Notes: generated by a model from the sequence alone, not told the origin. DNA of 64,000 bases from Octopus sinensis (GCF_006345805.1 NC_043025.1:10168001-10232000), one strand, 5' to 3'; shown: positions 45,601 to 60,226, numbered from the stretch's first letter. Made by a program: numbers and translations.

Positions 45601-47560
45601 GTGGTGGTGGTGGTGGTGGTGGTAGAGGCAGAAGTGACAGTGGTGGTGATGGTGGTGGTGGTGGTGGTGGTGGTAGAGGCAGAAGTGACAGTGGTGGTGA
45701 TGGTGGTGGTGGTGGTGGTGGTGGTGGTGGTAGAGGCAGAAGTGACAGTGGTGGTGATGGTGGTGGTGGTGGTGGTGGTGGTAGAGGCAGAAGTGACAGT
45801 GGTGGTGATGGTGGTGGTGGTGTGGTGGTGGTGGTGGTAGAGGCAGAAGTGACAGTGGTGGTGATGGTGGTGGTGGTGGTGGTGGTGGTAGAGGCAGAAG
45901 TGACAGTGGTGGTGATGGTGGTGGTGGTGGTGGTGGTGGTGGTGGTAGAGGCAGAAGTGACAGTGGTGGTGATGGTGGTGGTGGTGGTGGTGGTGGTGGT
46001 AGAGGCAGAAGTGACAGTGGTGGTGATGGTGGTGGTGGTGATGGTGGTGGTGGTGGTAGAGGCAGAAGTGACAGTGGTGGTGATGGTGGTGGTGGTGGTG
46101 GTGGTGGTGGTAGAGGCAGAAGTGACAGTGGTGGTGATGGTGGTGGTGGTGGTGGTGGTGGTGGTAGAGGCAGAAGTGACAGTGGTGGTGATGGTGGTGG
46201 TGGTGGTGGTGGTGGTGGTAGTAGAGGCAGAAGTGACAGTGGTGGTGATGTGGTGGTGGTGGTGGTGGTGGTGGTAGAGGCAGAAGTGACAGTGGTGGTG
46301 ATGGTGGTGGTGGTGGTGGTGGTGGTGGTAGTAGAGGCAGAAGTGACAGTGGTGGTGATGGTGGTGGTGGTGGTGGTGTGGTGTGGTAGAGGCAGAAGTG
46401 ACAGTGGTGGTGATGGTGGTGGTGGTGGTGGTGGTGGTAGAGGCAGAAGTGACAGTGGTGGTGATGGTGGTGGTGGTGGTGGTGGTGGTGGTAGAGGCAG
46501 AAGTGACAGTGGTGGTGATGGGTGGTGGTGGTGGTGGTGGTGGTGGTAGAGGCAGAAGTGACAGTGGTGGTGATGGTGGTGGTGGTGGTGGTGGTGGTGG
46601 TAGAGGCAGAAGTGACAGTGGTGGTGATGGTGGTGGTGGTGGTGGTGGTGGTGGTGGTAGAGGCAGAAGTGACAGTGTGGTGATGGTGGTGGTGGTGGTG
46701 GTGGTGGTGGTAGTAGAGGCAGAAGTGACAGTGGTGGTGATGGTGGTGGTGGTGGTGGGTGGTGGTAGAGGCAGAAGTGACAGTGGTGGTGATGGTGGTG
46801 GTGGTGGTGGTGGTGGTGGTAGTAGAGGCAGAAGTGACAGTGGTGGTGATGGTGGTGGTGGTGGTGGTGGTGGTAGAGGCAGAAGTGACAGTGGTGGTGA
46901 TGGTGGTGGTGGTGGTGGTGGTGGTAGAGGCAGAAGTGACAGTGGTGGTGATGGTGGTGGTGGTGGTGGTGGTGGTGGTGGTGGTAGAGGCAGAAGTGAC
47001 AGTGGTGGTGATGGTGGTGGTGGTGGTGGTGGTGGTAGAGGCAGAAGTGACAGTGGTGGTGATGGTGGTGGTGGTGGTGGTGGTGGTGGTGGTAGAGGCA
47101 GAAGTGACAGTGGTGGTGATGGTGGTGGTGGTGGTGGTGGTGGTAGAGGCAGAAGTGACAGTGGTGGTGATGGTGGTGGTGGTGATGGTGGTGGTGGTGG
47201 TAGAGGCAGAAGTGACAGTGGTGGTGATGGTGGTGGTGGTGGTGGTGGTGGTGGTGGTAGAGGCAGAAGTGACAGTGGTGGTGATGGTGGTGGTGGTGAT
47301 GGTGGTGGTGGTGATGGTGGTGGTGGTGGTAGAGGCAGAAGTGACAGTGGTGGTGATGGTGGTGGTGGTGGTGGTGGTGGTAGAGGCAGGAGTGACAGTG
47401 GTGGTGATGGTGGTGGTGGTGGTGGTGGTGGTGGTAGTGGTGGTGGTAGAGGTGGTGATGGCAGTGGTGGTTTTGGCAGGAGAGGCTGTGATGGCGGCAG
47501 TAGTGGTTGTGGTGGTAGTTGTTGCCATCACAGCAACAATAACAACAACAACAAGCAGCA
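42638..47560. repeat. Compound satellite: AGAGGCAGAAGTGACAGT anchor plus variable (TGG)n
   Basis: Anchored units from about 42850 to 47400, roughly 35-65 bp each, embedded in a degenerate TGG tract. Confidence 0.96.
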
Positions 47561-47869
47561 GATCTATCCGAAGATGACTCACTTGGCAACAAGTCAGCTG
47601 ATGCTCACAGCCTCCTATTTTGCATATGTGTGTGTGTGTGTATGTTTGTATATATGTGTGTGTTTGTGTATATGTGTGTGCTTGTATGTATCTACGTGTG
47701 TGTGTGTTTGTATATATGTATGTGTGCATGTATTTTTATGCGTAAAAGTGTGTGCGAGTGTCTACAGGTGTGCATGTATGACTCTGTGTGTATGGCTGTG
47801 TGTATGTGTGTCTGTGTGTGTATGTGTGTATGCATGTATGCATGTTTGTATTTATGTGTATGATATGAG

Positions 47870-49225
47870 TGTGTGTATGCATGTGTATATATGTTTGTGT
47901 ATAAGCATGTATGCATATATGTATGCGTATTTGTGTATAAGCATGTATGCATATATGTATGCGTATTTGTGTATAAGCATGTATGTATATATGTATGCGT
48001 ATTTGTGTATAAGCGTGTATGCATATATGTATGCGTATTTGTGTATAAGCATGTATGTATATATGTATGCGTATTTGTGTATAAGCGTGTATGTATATAT
48101 GTATGCGTATTTGTGTATAAGCGTGTATGCATATATGTATGCGTATTTGTGTATAAGCATGTATGTATATATGTATGCCTATTTGTGTATAAGCGTGTAT
48201 GCATATATGTATGCGTATTTGTGTATAAGCATGTATGTATATATGTATGCGTATTTGTGTATAAGCGTGTATGCATATATGTATGCGTATTTGTGTATAA
48301 GCATGTATGTATATATGTATGCGTATTTGTGTATAAGCGTGTATGCATATATGTATGCGTATTTGTGTATAAGCATGTATGCATATATGTATGCGTATTT
48401 GTGTATAAGCATGTATGCATATATGTATGCGTATTTGTGTATAAGCATGTATGTATATATGTATGCGTATTTGTGTATAAGCGTGTATGCATATATGTAT
48501 GCGTATTTGTGTATAAGCATGTATGTATATATGTATGCGTATTTGTGTATAAGCATGTATGCATATATGTATGCGTATTTGTGTATAAGCATGTATGTAT
48601 ATATGTATGCGTGTTTGTGTATAAGCATGTATGTATATATGTATGCGTATTTGTGTATAAGCGTGTATGCATATATGTATGCGTATTTGTGTATAAGCGT
48701 GTATGCATATATGTATGCGTATTTGTGTATAAGCGTGTATGCATATATGTATGCGTATTTGTGTATAAGCATGTATGCATATATGTATGCGTATTTGTGT
48801 ATAAGCATGTATGCATATATGTATGCGTATTTGTGTATAAGCGTGTATGCATATATGTATGCGTATTTGTGTATAAGCATGTATGCATATATGTATGCGT
48901 ATTTGTGTATAAGCGTGTATGTATATATGTATGCGTATTTGTGTATAAGCGTGTATGCATATATGTATGCGTATTTGTGTATAAGCATGTATGTATATAT
49001 GTATGCGTGTTTGTGTATAAGCGTGTATGCATATATGTATGCGTATTTGTGTATAAGCATGTATGTATATATGTATGCGTATTTGTGTATAAGCGTGTAT
49101 GCATATATGTATGCGTATTTGTGTATAAGCATGTATGCATATATGTATGCGTATTTGTGTATAAGCATGTATGCATATATGTATGCGTATTTGTGTATAA
49201 GCATGTATGTATATATGCATGCATT
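47870..49225. repeat. 36-bp minisatellite, 37 copies
   Basis: Anchor ataagc from 47901 to 49197 spans exactly 36 x 36 bp. Confidence 0.96.
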
Positions 49226-49629
49226 TGTATTTATGTGTATGACAGTGTGTGTGTGTGTGTGTGTGTGAGCATTTATGTGTGTGTGTGCATATGACTGTGT
49301 ACGACTGTGTGTATATGACCTATCTATATGTATGTATACATATACACATGTGACCTATGTATATGACCTGTGTATATGTATGTATGCATGTTTGCCTTTA
49401 TGTGTATGACAGTGTGTATATATATCTATGTGCATGTGTGCAATTGTGTATGTGTATGTGTGTTGTTTGTATTTATGTGTGCAACTGTGTGTGTATATGT
49501 GTATGTGGTTGCATCTAAGTTTGTGTGAATGCGTTTGTTTGTATGCATATCTCTGTGTATGTGCGTGCATATGCATATACATGTTTGCATTTGTGTATGA
49601 CTGTATGCATATATACATATATATATATA

Positions 49630-49660
<31 letters not shown>

Positions 49661-49661
<1 letters not shown>

Positions 49662-49788
49662 CCGGAGTAAACACATAAATGTGAAGCAAGGTGGAAAAAA
49701 GAGTACTCAAATACCAGTGGTAGAGTAATATGCTTTATTTAAAGCAGAGTAACAGGTTTTGTTGAATTTTCTGCTGCTTTTAAATAAA

Positions 49789-49789
<1 letters not shown>
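49661..49789. mobile_element. Penelope-like family 1 fragment with a collapsed palindrome
   Basis: ctttatttaaagcag joined at cag to agtaacaggttttgttgaattttctgctgc. The ends match 9295-9463, but the hairpin centre and ribozyme cores are absent. Confidence 0.7.
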
Positions 49790-50150
<361 letters not shown>

Positions 50151-50745
50151 GTAATATTATATATGTAAATATATATTTATGAATGTAATAATAAATATAT
50201 ATATATATTTATGTTTGTAATTGTATGTGTATGTGTATGTACATGCATGTGTGTATACGTGTATGCATATTTGTATGTATGTGTATGACTGTGAATTTGT
50301 GTGTGTATGTAGGTGTATGGGTATAACAGTGTCTATTCTGTGTATGTGCATGTATTTGTGTATGTGTATATGTGTATATATGCATGTATGCTTCCGTATG
50401 ACAGATTGTATATGCAGCTGCATGACAACATGCGTATAACAGTGCATATACTTCTGTATGAATATGTTTATTTGTGTATGTACGTAGTGAAATGTGTGTG
50501 ACTGTGTCTGTGAAATTGTGTATGTGTGTGTATATGTGTTTGTATGTGTGGCTCTGTGTGTGTATGAGAATGCGTGTATAAGTACATGCTACGCAATCAG
50601 TGTGTATATAATTGCTATGAATACTCGGGTTTGTTTGTGTGTATGCGTGTGTATTGTGAGTATGCCTGTATCTATATATGTGTTTAAGTGTGTGCATATA
50701 TGTGTGTATGCACCTGTGATTTTATATATACATATATATCTCGCT

Positions 50746-51141
50746 TACTCTTTTACTTGTTTCAGTCATTTGACTGCGGCCATGCTGGAGCACCGCCTTT
50801 TAGTCGAGCAAATCGACCCCGGGACTTATTCTTTGTAAGCCCAGTACTTATTCTATCGGTGTCTTTTGTCGAACCGCTAAGTGACGGGGACGTAAACACA
50901 GCAGCATCGGTTGTCAAGCAATGCTAGGGGGGACAAACACAGACACACAAACACACACACACATACATATATATATACATAATATACATATATACGACAG
51001 GCTTCTTTCAGTTTCCGTCTACCAAATCCACTCACAAGGCATTGGTCGGCCCGGGGCTATAGCAGAAGACACTTGCCCAAGATGCCACGCAGTGGGACTG
51101 AACCCGGAACCATGTGGTTGGTTAGCAAGCTACTTACCACA
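50746..51141 (-). mobile_element. SINE family A
   Basis: Near-complete reverse-complement copy. Confidence 0.92.
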
Positions 51142-51525
51142 TGTGCATGTATGTGCACATGCTTGTGTGCATATGTGCACATCCTTCTACATGAGTTCTT
51201 GCATACCTATGCATATAAGCACACACACCTGTGTGTGTATGTGTATGTGTATAGCTTTATGTGTTCATGTGTCTTCATGTGTGCATATGGTATATTTTAA
51301 TGTGTGTGTGAGGGTGGGGTGTATTCTTTGATGTGTGCATGCATGTATACCTTTGTGTGTGTGTGTGTGTGTATGGGTGGGTATAGTGTACACCCCCCCA
51401 AGACTTGTTCTTTGTAAGCCTAGTATTTATTCTATTGGTCTCTTTTGCTGAACTGCTAAGTTATGGGGATGTAAACACACCAACACAGGTTGTCAAGCAA
51501 CGGGGTGAGATAAAAAGACACAAAC

Positions 51526-51556
<31 letters not shown>

Positions 51557-51564
51557 CACATATA

Positions 51565-52080
51565 TCACCGTGATCACCATGACCGACCAGGCTATCAGAT
51601 GTTGCTACACATCGCTGGTCACAATGCACTTTGCATTGTTTTAGCCTTCAAATGACGCCAACCTGCTGGCTAAGCTATCAGGCCAACAGAAGAAAGAATG
51701 AGACAAAGTTGCGGCGAAAGAGTACAGCAGGGATCGCCACCAACCCCTGCTGGATCCTCGTGGAGCTTTAGGTGTTTTCGCTCAATAAACACTCACCTTG
51801 CCCAGGCTGGGAATCGAAACCGCGATCCTACAACCTATTTCTTTATTACTCACAAGGGGCTAAATATAGAGGGGACAAACAAGGACAGACATAGGTATTA
51901 AGTTGATTACATCAACCCCAGTGCATAACTGGTACTTTAATTTATCGACCCCGAAAGGATGAAAGGCAAAGTCGACCTCGGCAGAATTTGAACTCAGAAC
52001 GTAACGGCAGACGAAATACCGCAAAGCATTTCGCCCAGCGTGCTAACGTTTCTGCCCTAACCACTGGGCCATTGCGCACC
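51565..52080 (-). mobile_element. SINE B interrupted in its head by a SINE C monomer (about 51833-52058)
   Basis: SINE B body ends cgcgatcctaca; its 5' head resumes at ctaaccactgggccattgcgcacc after the SINE C. Confidence 0.85.
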
Positions 52081-52105
52081 AACACCTTTTTAAAAGATAC
52101 ATACA

Positions 52106-52276
52106 ACAGGCTTTCATTCAGTTTCTAGCTACCAAATTCACTTACAAGGTATTGGTGAGCCTGGGGCTATGCAGAAGACACTAGCTCAAGATGCCACACA
52201 GTAGGACTGAACCCAAAACCATGTGATTGCAAAGCAAGCTTCTTAACTACATAGCCATGGCTGCACCTTATATATA

Positions 52277-52362
<86 letters not shown>

Positions 52363-52530
52363 ATATACATAGACAGGCTTCTTTCAGTTTCCGTCTACCA
52401 AATTCACTCACAGGCTTTGATTGGCCTAAGGCTATAGTAGAAGACACTGGCCCAAGGTACCATGCAGTGGGACTGAACCCGGAACCATGTGGTTGGGAAG
52501 CAAGCTTCTTACCACACAGCTACACCTGCC
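52106..52530 (-). mobile_element. Two diverged SINE A heads separated by (AT)n
   Basis: Heads at about 52106-52267 and 52372-52530. Confidence 0.82.
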
Positions 52531-52839
52531 CATGTGTATGAATGCGTGTGCATATGTATGCCTTTGCATGTATCAATGCATCTTTTGTGTGTGTGTGTGT
52601 GTGTGTGTATGTTTGTGTGTGTGTGTGTGTTTGTGTAAGCTTTCATACCTGCGTGTGCGATTGTATGCTTGCCTTTATGTTTGTATGTATGAGTATATGT
52701 GTGTGTGTGCGTGTGCGTGAGTGTGTACGTGTGAGTGTGTGTGTGTATGTGATGCGTGTCATGTTATACATGAAAAGTATGGTGTATCTTTTCGGCATGC
52801 TGTGCTTGTATGCACGGGCTGTATTGTTGGATCTGTGTG

Positions 52840-52840
52840 T

Positions 52841-52939
<99 letters not shown>

Positions 52940-53262
52940 GTGTGTGTGTGTGTGTTTGAATCTGTGTTCTGTATGTGTGTATGTGTTGTGTGTATGTGTG
53001 TAGGGGGTTCTCTGTGTTGTGTGTGTGTGTGTGTATGTATGTGTGTGTTTGGGTCTGTGTTCAGTGTGTGTGTATATGTGTTGTGTGTGTGTGGGTGTGT
53101 GTTTGAGTCTGTATTCTGCGTGTGTATGTGTGTGTCTGTTTGGATCTGTGTTCTGTATGTATGTATGTGTGCGTGAGTGTAGGGGGGTTCTCTGTGTTGT
53201 GTGTGTGTGTGTATGTATGTGTGTGTGTAAGTGTGTGTGTGTAAGTGTGTGTGTGTGTGTGT

Positions 53263-53303
<41 letters not shown>

Positions 53304-54374
53304 GATCTGTGTTCTGTATGTATGTATGTGTGCGTGAGTGTAGGGGGTTTCTCTGTGTTGTGTGTGTGTGTGTATGTATGTGTGTGTGTAAGTGTGTGTG
53401 TGTGTGTAAGTGTGTGTGTGTGTGTAAGTGTGTGTGTGTGTAAGTGTGTGTGTGTGTGTTTGGATCTGTGTTCTGTATGTATGTATGTGTGCGTGAGTGT
53501 AGGGGGTTTCTCTGTGTTGTGTGTGTGTGTGTATGTATGTGTGTGTGTAAGTGTGTGTGTGTGTGTAAGTGTGTGTGTAAGTGTGTGTGTGTGTAAGTGT
53601 GTGTGTGTGTGTAAGTGTGTGTGTGTGTGTTTGGATCTGTGTTCTGTATGTATGTATGTGTGCGTGAGTGTAGGGGGTTTCTCTGTGTTGTGTGTGTGTG
53701 TGTATGTATGTGTGTGTGTAAGTGTGTGTGTGTGTAAGTGTGTGTGTGTGTAAGTGTGTGTGTGTGTGTAAGTGTGTGTGTGTGTGTGTTTGGATCTGTG
53801 TTCTGTATGTATGTATGTGTGCGAGAGTGTAGGGGGTTTCTCTGTGTTGTGTGTGTGTGTGTATGTATGTGTGTGTGTAAGTGTGTGTGTGTGTGTAAGT
53901 GTGTGTGTGTGTGTAAGTGTGTGTGTGTGTGTTTGGATCTGTGTTCTGTATGTATGTATGTGTGCGTGAGTGTAGGGGGTTTCTCTGTGTTGTGTGTGTG
54001 TGTGTATGTATGTGTGTGTGTAAGTGTGTGTGTGTGTGTAAGTGTGTGTGTGTGTGTAAGTGTGTGTGTGTAAGTGTGTGTGTGTGTGTTTGGATCTGTG
54101 TTCTGTATGTATGTATGTGTGCGTGAGTGTAGGGGGTTCTCTGTGTTGTGTGTGTGTGTGTATGTATGTGTGTGTGTAAGTGTGTGTGTGTGTGTAAGTG
54201 TGTGTGTGTGTGTTTGGATCTGTGTTCTGTATGTATGTATGTGTGCGTGAGTGTAGGGGGTTTCTCTGTGTTGTGTGTGTGTGTGTGTATGTATGTGTGT
54301 GTGTTTGGGTCTCTGTGTTCCGTGTGTGTGTGTGTGTTTGGATCTCTGTGTTTTGTGTGTATATATGTGTTCCA

Positions 54375-54409
<35 letters not shown>

Positions 54410-54420
54410 AGATGTTTGTG
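52840..54420. repeat. (TG)n-based minisatellite with anchor tttggatctgtgttctgtatgtatg...gtagggggtttctc
   Basis: About 8 well-conserved anchors (about 53140-54220) spaced 124-170 bp. Confidence 0.93.
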
Positions 54421-54602
54421 TTGTGTGTGCCTGTGAGCAGTGTGTATTTATGTGTGAGTGTGTTGCAGTGTGTATATGTATGTGTGTGTTTGGATCTCTG
54501 CTGTAGGTCCCTATGTGTGCTGTGCATTTGTACGTGTGTGTGTGTGTGTGTGTGTGGAGAGGAGGGATACACGTGATGCAAACATGTATTTTATGCCTAT
54601 GA

Positions 54603-54635
<33 letters not shown>

Positions 54636-54939
54636 CTTCTAAACGTATATGTGTTTGTATGTGGCATCTATATGGCATGTGATGATATATGTCTGTGTGT
54701 TGGATATGCAGTGCGTGTGCACATGTGAATGTGTGTGCTTGTGCATATGTGTATGCATGTGTATACATGTATGCCTCTCTGTGTGTGTGTGTGTGTGTGT
54801 GTGCGTGTGTGTGTGTGTGTGTATGTGTGCTGGTAGCTGATTGGTTGGCATACTCGTGATGTCACATGAACAGCTGATATGAAGCTCTTCCTTGTTGACA
54901 AAACCAGAGTCAAGGTTGATTGTGATGTTGTTGTTGTTA

Positions 54940-55821
54940 TTGGTGGTGGTGGTGGTGGTGGTTGTGGTTGATGGTGGTGGTGGTGGTGTTGGTGGTGTTG
55001 ATGGTGGTGGTGGTGGTGGTGGTGGTGGTGATAGAAGTGCTTGTGATGATGGTGGTTGTGGTGGTGATGGTGATAGAGGTGCTTGTGATGATGGCAGTGG
55101 TGGTGTTGTGACACTGGTGGTGATGGTCATGGTGATAGCATTGTCGCTGTTGTGGTGGTTGTGGTCCCTGTAGTGTGCTTGGTAATGTTGTGGCAGTAGG
55201 GGGTTCATTGTTGTTGTGGTGGTAGTTGCGGTGTCTGTTGTTGTTGTTGTTGGGGTGGCAGTGGTCTCCACAATGTTCTTGTAGTTGTGAGGGTTGTTGT
55301 TATGGTGGTGGTAGTTTTGGGGTCTGTTGTTATTGTTGTTGTCGTGGTAGTTGTGGGATTTTTTGTTGTTGCAATTGTAGAGGTCTTGATGTTGTGGCAG
55401 TGGTTGTGGGGGTGTCGTTGTTGTTGTTGTTGCTGTGGTGGTGGTGGCGGGGGTGGCGGCGGGGGTGGCGGCGGTGACAGGGGGTACGGGTGGTGGTGGT
55501 GGTGGTGGTGGTGGTGGTAGTGGTGATGGTGGTGCTGGTGGTGCTGGTGGTGGTGCTGGTGGTGGTGGTGGTGGTGGTGGTGGTGGTGGTAGTGTGATGA
55601 TGGTGTGGTGCTGGTGGTGGGTGGTGGTGGTGGTGTGGTGGTGGTGGTGGTGGTGGTGGTGGGGTGGTGGTGGTGATGGTGCTGGTGGTGCTGGTGGTGT
55701 AGTGGTGGTGGTGAGGTGGTGGTGGTGGTGGTGGTGGTGCTGGTAGTTGTAGTGGTGCTGGTGGTGGTGCTGGTGCTAGTGCTGGTGGTGGTGGTGGTGG
55801 TGGTGCTGGTGCTGGTGCTGG

Positions 55822-55852
<31 letters not shown>

Positions 55853-56098
55853 AGTTGTAGTGGTGCTGGTGGTGGTGGTGGTGGGTGCTGGTGCTAGTGC
55901 TGGTGGTGGTGGTGGTGGTGCTGGTGCTGGTGCTGGTGGTGGTGGTGGTGGTGGTGGTGGTGATGGTGGTGGTGGTGGTGCTGGTGGTGCTGGTAGTGGT
56001 GCTGGTGGTGCTGGTAGTGGTGCTGGTGGTGGTGGTGGTGCTGGTGCTAGTACTGGTGGTGGTGGTGGTGGTGCTGGTGCTGGTGCTGGTGCTGGTGG

Positions 56099-56129
<31 letters not shown>

Positions 56130-56248
56130 GCTGGTGGTGGTGGTGGTGCTGGTGGTGGTGGTGGTGCTGGTGCTGGTGGTGGTGCTGGTGCTGGTGGTGG
56201 TGGTGGTGCTGGTGGTGCTGGTGCTGGTGCTGGTGCTGGTGCTGGTGG

Positions 56249-56279
<31 letters not shown>

Positions 56280-56469
56280 GGTGGTGGTGGTGGTGGTGCT
56301 GGTGGTGGTGGTGGTGGTGCTGGTGGTGGTGGTGGTGGTGGTGGTGGTGGTGGTGGTGTGGTGGTGGTGGTGGTGGTGGTAGTGGTGGTGGTGATGATGA
56401 TGGTGGTGGTGGTGGTGATGATGGTGGTGGTGGTAGTGGTGGTGATGATGATGATGGTGCTGGTGCTGG

Positions 56470-56527
<58 letters not shown>

Positions 56528-56679
56528 GGTGTGGTGGTGGTGGTGCTGGTGGTGGTGGTGGTGGTGGTGCTGGTGGTGGTGGTGGTGCTGGTGGTGGTGG
56601 TGGTGCTGGTGGTGCTGGTGCTGGTGCTGGTGCTGGTGCTGGTGGTGTGGTGCTGGTGGTGCTGGTGGTGGTGGTGGTG

Positions 56680-56710
<31 letters not shown>

Positions 56711-56736
56711 GGTGGTGGTGGTGGTGCTGGTGGTGG

Positions 56737-56767
<31 letters not shown>

Positions 56768-56814
56768 GGTGGTGGTGGTGCTGGTGGTGGTGGTGGTGCT
56801 GGTGGTGGTGGTGG

Positions 56815-56845
<31 letters not shown>

Positions 56846-56856
56846 GCTGGTGCTGG

Positions 56857-56887
<31 letters not shown>

Positions 56888-57136
56888 AGTTGTAGTGGTG
56901 CTGGTGGTGGTGGTGGTGCTGGTGCTAGTGCTGGTGGTGGTGGTGGTGGTGCTGGTGCTGGTGCTGGTGGTGGTGGTGGTGGTGGTGGTGGTTGATGGTG
57001 GTGGTGGTGGTGCTGGTGGTGCTGGTAGTGGTGCTGGTGGTGCTGGTAGTGGTGCTGGTGTGGTGGTGTGTGGTGCTGGTGCTAGTACTGGTGGTGGTGG
57101 TGGTGGTGCTGGTGCTGGTGCTGGTGCTGGTGGTGG

Positions 57137-57167
<31 letters not shown>

Positions 57168-58344
57168 GCTGGTGGTGTGGTGGTGCTGGTGGTGGTGGTG
57201 GTGCTGGTGCTGGTGGTGGTGCTGGTGCTGGTGGTGGTGGTGGTGCTGGTGGTGCTGGTGCTGGTGCTGGTGCTGGTGCTGGTGGTGGTGGTGGTGGTGG
57301 TGGTGGTGGTGGTGGTGTGGTGGTGGTGGTGGTGCTGGTGGTGGGTGGTGGTGGTGGTGCTGGTGGTGGTGGTGGTGGTGGGTGGTGGTGGTGGTGCTGG
57401 TGGTGGTGGTGGTGGTGGGTAGTGGTGGTGGTGATGATGATGGTGGTGGTGGTGGTGATGATGGTGGTGGTGGTAGTGGTGGTGATGATGATGATGGTGC
57501 TGGTGTGCTGGTGTGGTGGTGGTGGTGGTGGTGGTGCTGGTGGTGGTGGTGGTGGTGGTGGTGGTGGTGTGGTGGTGGTGGTGGTGGTGCTGGTGGTGGT
57601 GGTGGTGGTGTGGTGGTGGTGGTGGTGCTGGTGGTGGTGGTGCTGGTGCTGGTGCTGGTGCTGGTGGTGCTGGTGCTGGGGTGCTGGTGGTGGTGGTGGT
57701 GCTGGTGGTGGTGGTGGTGGTGGTGGTGGTGGCTGGTGGTGGTGGTGGTGGTGGTGCTGGTGGTGGTGGTGGTGGTGCTGGTGGTGGTGGTGGTGCTGGT
57801 GCTGGTGCTGGTGGTGCTGGTGCTGGTGCTGGTGCTGGTGGTGCTGGTGCTGGTGGTGGTGGTGGTGCTGGTGCTGGTGGTGGTGGTGGTGGTGCTGGTG
57901 CTGGTGGTGGTGGTGGTGCTGGTGGTGGTGGTGGTGGTGGTAGTAGTGGGTAACAATGGAGTTGGTGGTTTTGGTGTCCAAGATTGTGGCAGTGTTGTTG
58001 TAGTGTAACGGCATAGCCAGCTGCTGTTGTTATTGTGGTGGTGGTAGTGGTTGTGGTGGTGGTGGTGGTAGTGGTTGTGGTAGTGGTTGTGGTGGTGGTG
58101 GTGGTAGTGGTGGTGGTGGTGGTGGTATTGGTTGCTATAGCTGTTGTCAGGTCTTCATGACCTCTCTCCTCCTACCACTGCTTCCACCCTCTTTCACTCT
58201 TTGTTTCTCTTCTTCGCTCTTTCCTCCCCCTTTCACTTCTTTCAGTCTAACAGCACAGGGGTTGGTGAGGATGGGCTGGTTGTTGTTTTGGTAGTGGTGG
58301 GTGGGTGGGTGGGAGGGGCTAGTAGCAATAGTAGTAGTAGTAGC

Positions 58345-58383
<39 letters not shown>

Positions 58384-58705
58384 TCTGTTGTTGCTGGGGT
58401 GGTGGTGACTGTAGTGATGGTGGTGGTGGTTGTGGTGGTGGTGGTGGTGGTGGTTGTGGTGGTGGTGGTGGTGGTGGTGGTTGTGGTGGATGTGGTGGTG
58501 GTGGCGGCGGTGGCAGGGGTGGTGGTGGTGGTGGTGGTGGTGGTAGTGGTGGTGGTGGTGGTGGTGGTGGTAGTGGTGGTGGTTTTGGTGGTGGTGGTGG
58601 TTGCGGTGGTGGTGGATATGGTGGTGGTGGCGGCGGTGGCAGCAGTGGTGGTGGTGGTGGTGGTAGTGGTGGTGGTGGTGGTAGTGGTGGTGGTGGTGGT
58701 GGTGA
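54940..58705. repeat. (GGT/GCT/GAT/AGT)n low-complexity block
   Basis: Strand-asymmetric G-rich trinucleotide array; purest part 55430-57950. Confidence 0.95.
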
Positions 58706-58934
58706 TGGTTTCTAAAACATATTGCTGCAGTTGTTGTTTAACCCCAAGTCAACCTTGTCCACCAAACCTATGATCAAAGTTATCAAAGCATAACATGATC
58801 TAACATGTTCTTCTCTAAGACATCAAAGTGTGATCAGAAGGACATTTGGCTGCTGTTCCTTGCAATTTGAGCTACCATGTGGAGGTCTCATTCACTGGAT
58901 CATACATGCATACACTAAACTATATATATATATG

Positions 58935-59405
58935 TGTGTGTGCAAATGTATGTATGTATGTATGTATGTATGTATGTATGTATGTATGTATGTATGTATG
59001 TATGTATGTTTGTATGTATGTATTTATGTATTTATGTATGTATGTATGTATGCATGCATGCATGTATGTATGTATGTATGTATGCATGCATTCATGCATG
59101 TATATATGTGTGCGAACGTATGTATGTATGTATGCATGTATGTATGTATGTATGCATGCAATCATGCATGTATATATGTATGCATGTATGTATGTATATA
59201 TGCATGTATGTATGTATGTATGGATGTATGTATGCATGCATGCATGCATGTATGTATGTAAGTATGTGTGTATGTATGTATGTATGTATGTATGTATGTA
59301 TGTATGCATGCATGCATGCATGTACACATGTATGTATGTATGCATGTATGTATGTATGTATGTATGTATGTATGTATGTATGTATGCATGTATGTATGCA
59401 TGTAT
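58935..59405. repeat. (TATG)n/(CATG)n tetranucleotide tract
   Basis: Direct reading of the sequence. Confidence 0.95.
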
Positions 59406-59600
59406 GTGCCAATGAGAGTGACCTCTGTAGTAGAGGAATTTAAAGTAGCAAAATGTAATGTAATGATGTACAGAGACTCAAAGCATGAGTTTGTCAGTCA
59501 TGTAAGTATTACAAAAAAAGGTCTGAGCAAAAGTGGGTGGCTAGCACTGCAGTCGCTCAGGATGAAGGCATGCTGGAGCTACACAATTTAAATTTTTGAT

Positions 59601-60226
59601 AAACATAGGAGAAGGAAAGATCCAGAGAAGGGAAGACAGAGGAAAATATATATATGTGGAGGCGCAATGGCCCAGTGGTTAGGGCAGTGGACTTGTGGTC
59701 ATAGGATCGCGGTTTCAATTCCTAGACCGGCTGTTGTGAGTGTTTACTGGTGTCATTTCAATGTGAAGTGCATTGTGACCAGTGATGTGTAGCAACATCT
59801 GATAGCCTGGTCGGTCACAGTGATCACGGTGATATATATATATACTATATGTGGAGTTGAAATGACACCAGCCTTGAAATGACACAGCCTTGAAATGACA
59901 CAGCCTTGAAATGACACAGCCTTGAAATGACACAGCCTTGAAATGACACCACCCCACTGGCTAAGCGAGCAGGCCAACAGAAGAAGAAAGAGTGAGAGAA
60001 AGTTGCGGCGAAAGAGTACAGCAGGGATCACCACCACCCCCTGCCAGAGCCTCATGGAACTTTAGGTGTTTTTCGCTCAATATACACTCACATCGCCTGG
60101 TCTGGGAATCGAAACCGCGATCCTACGACCACGAATCCGCTGCCCTAACCACTGGGCCATTGCACCTCCACATATATATTTTTTCCTCTGTCTTCCCTTC
60201 TCTGGATCTTTCCTTCTCCTATGTTT
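59601..60226. mobile_element. Rearranged SINE B locus: inverted duplication with a 16-bp mini-array
   Basis: Arms 59601-59748 and 60078-60226 include the flank. gaaatgacacagcctt-type unit x6 at 59859-59949. Confidence 0.85.

Noticed and set aside
42850-47400. CRISPR-like pattern of a constant 18-bp repeat with variable spacers
   Set aside because: The spacers are pure (TGG)n, there are no cas genes, and the context is eukaryotic.
42130-47729. 1800-aa Thr/His/Pro-rich mucin-like ORFs
   Set aside because: Translations of the (TGG)n-anchor satellite. Several frames and both strands are open, and single-base indels shift the frame freely.
50494-51331. Recurrent ORFs containing [13 protein letters not shown] or [20 protein letters not shown]
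   Set aside because: Translations of SINE A on either strand, not a protein family.
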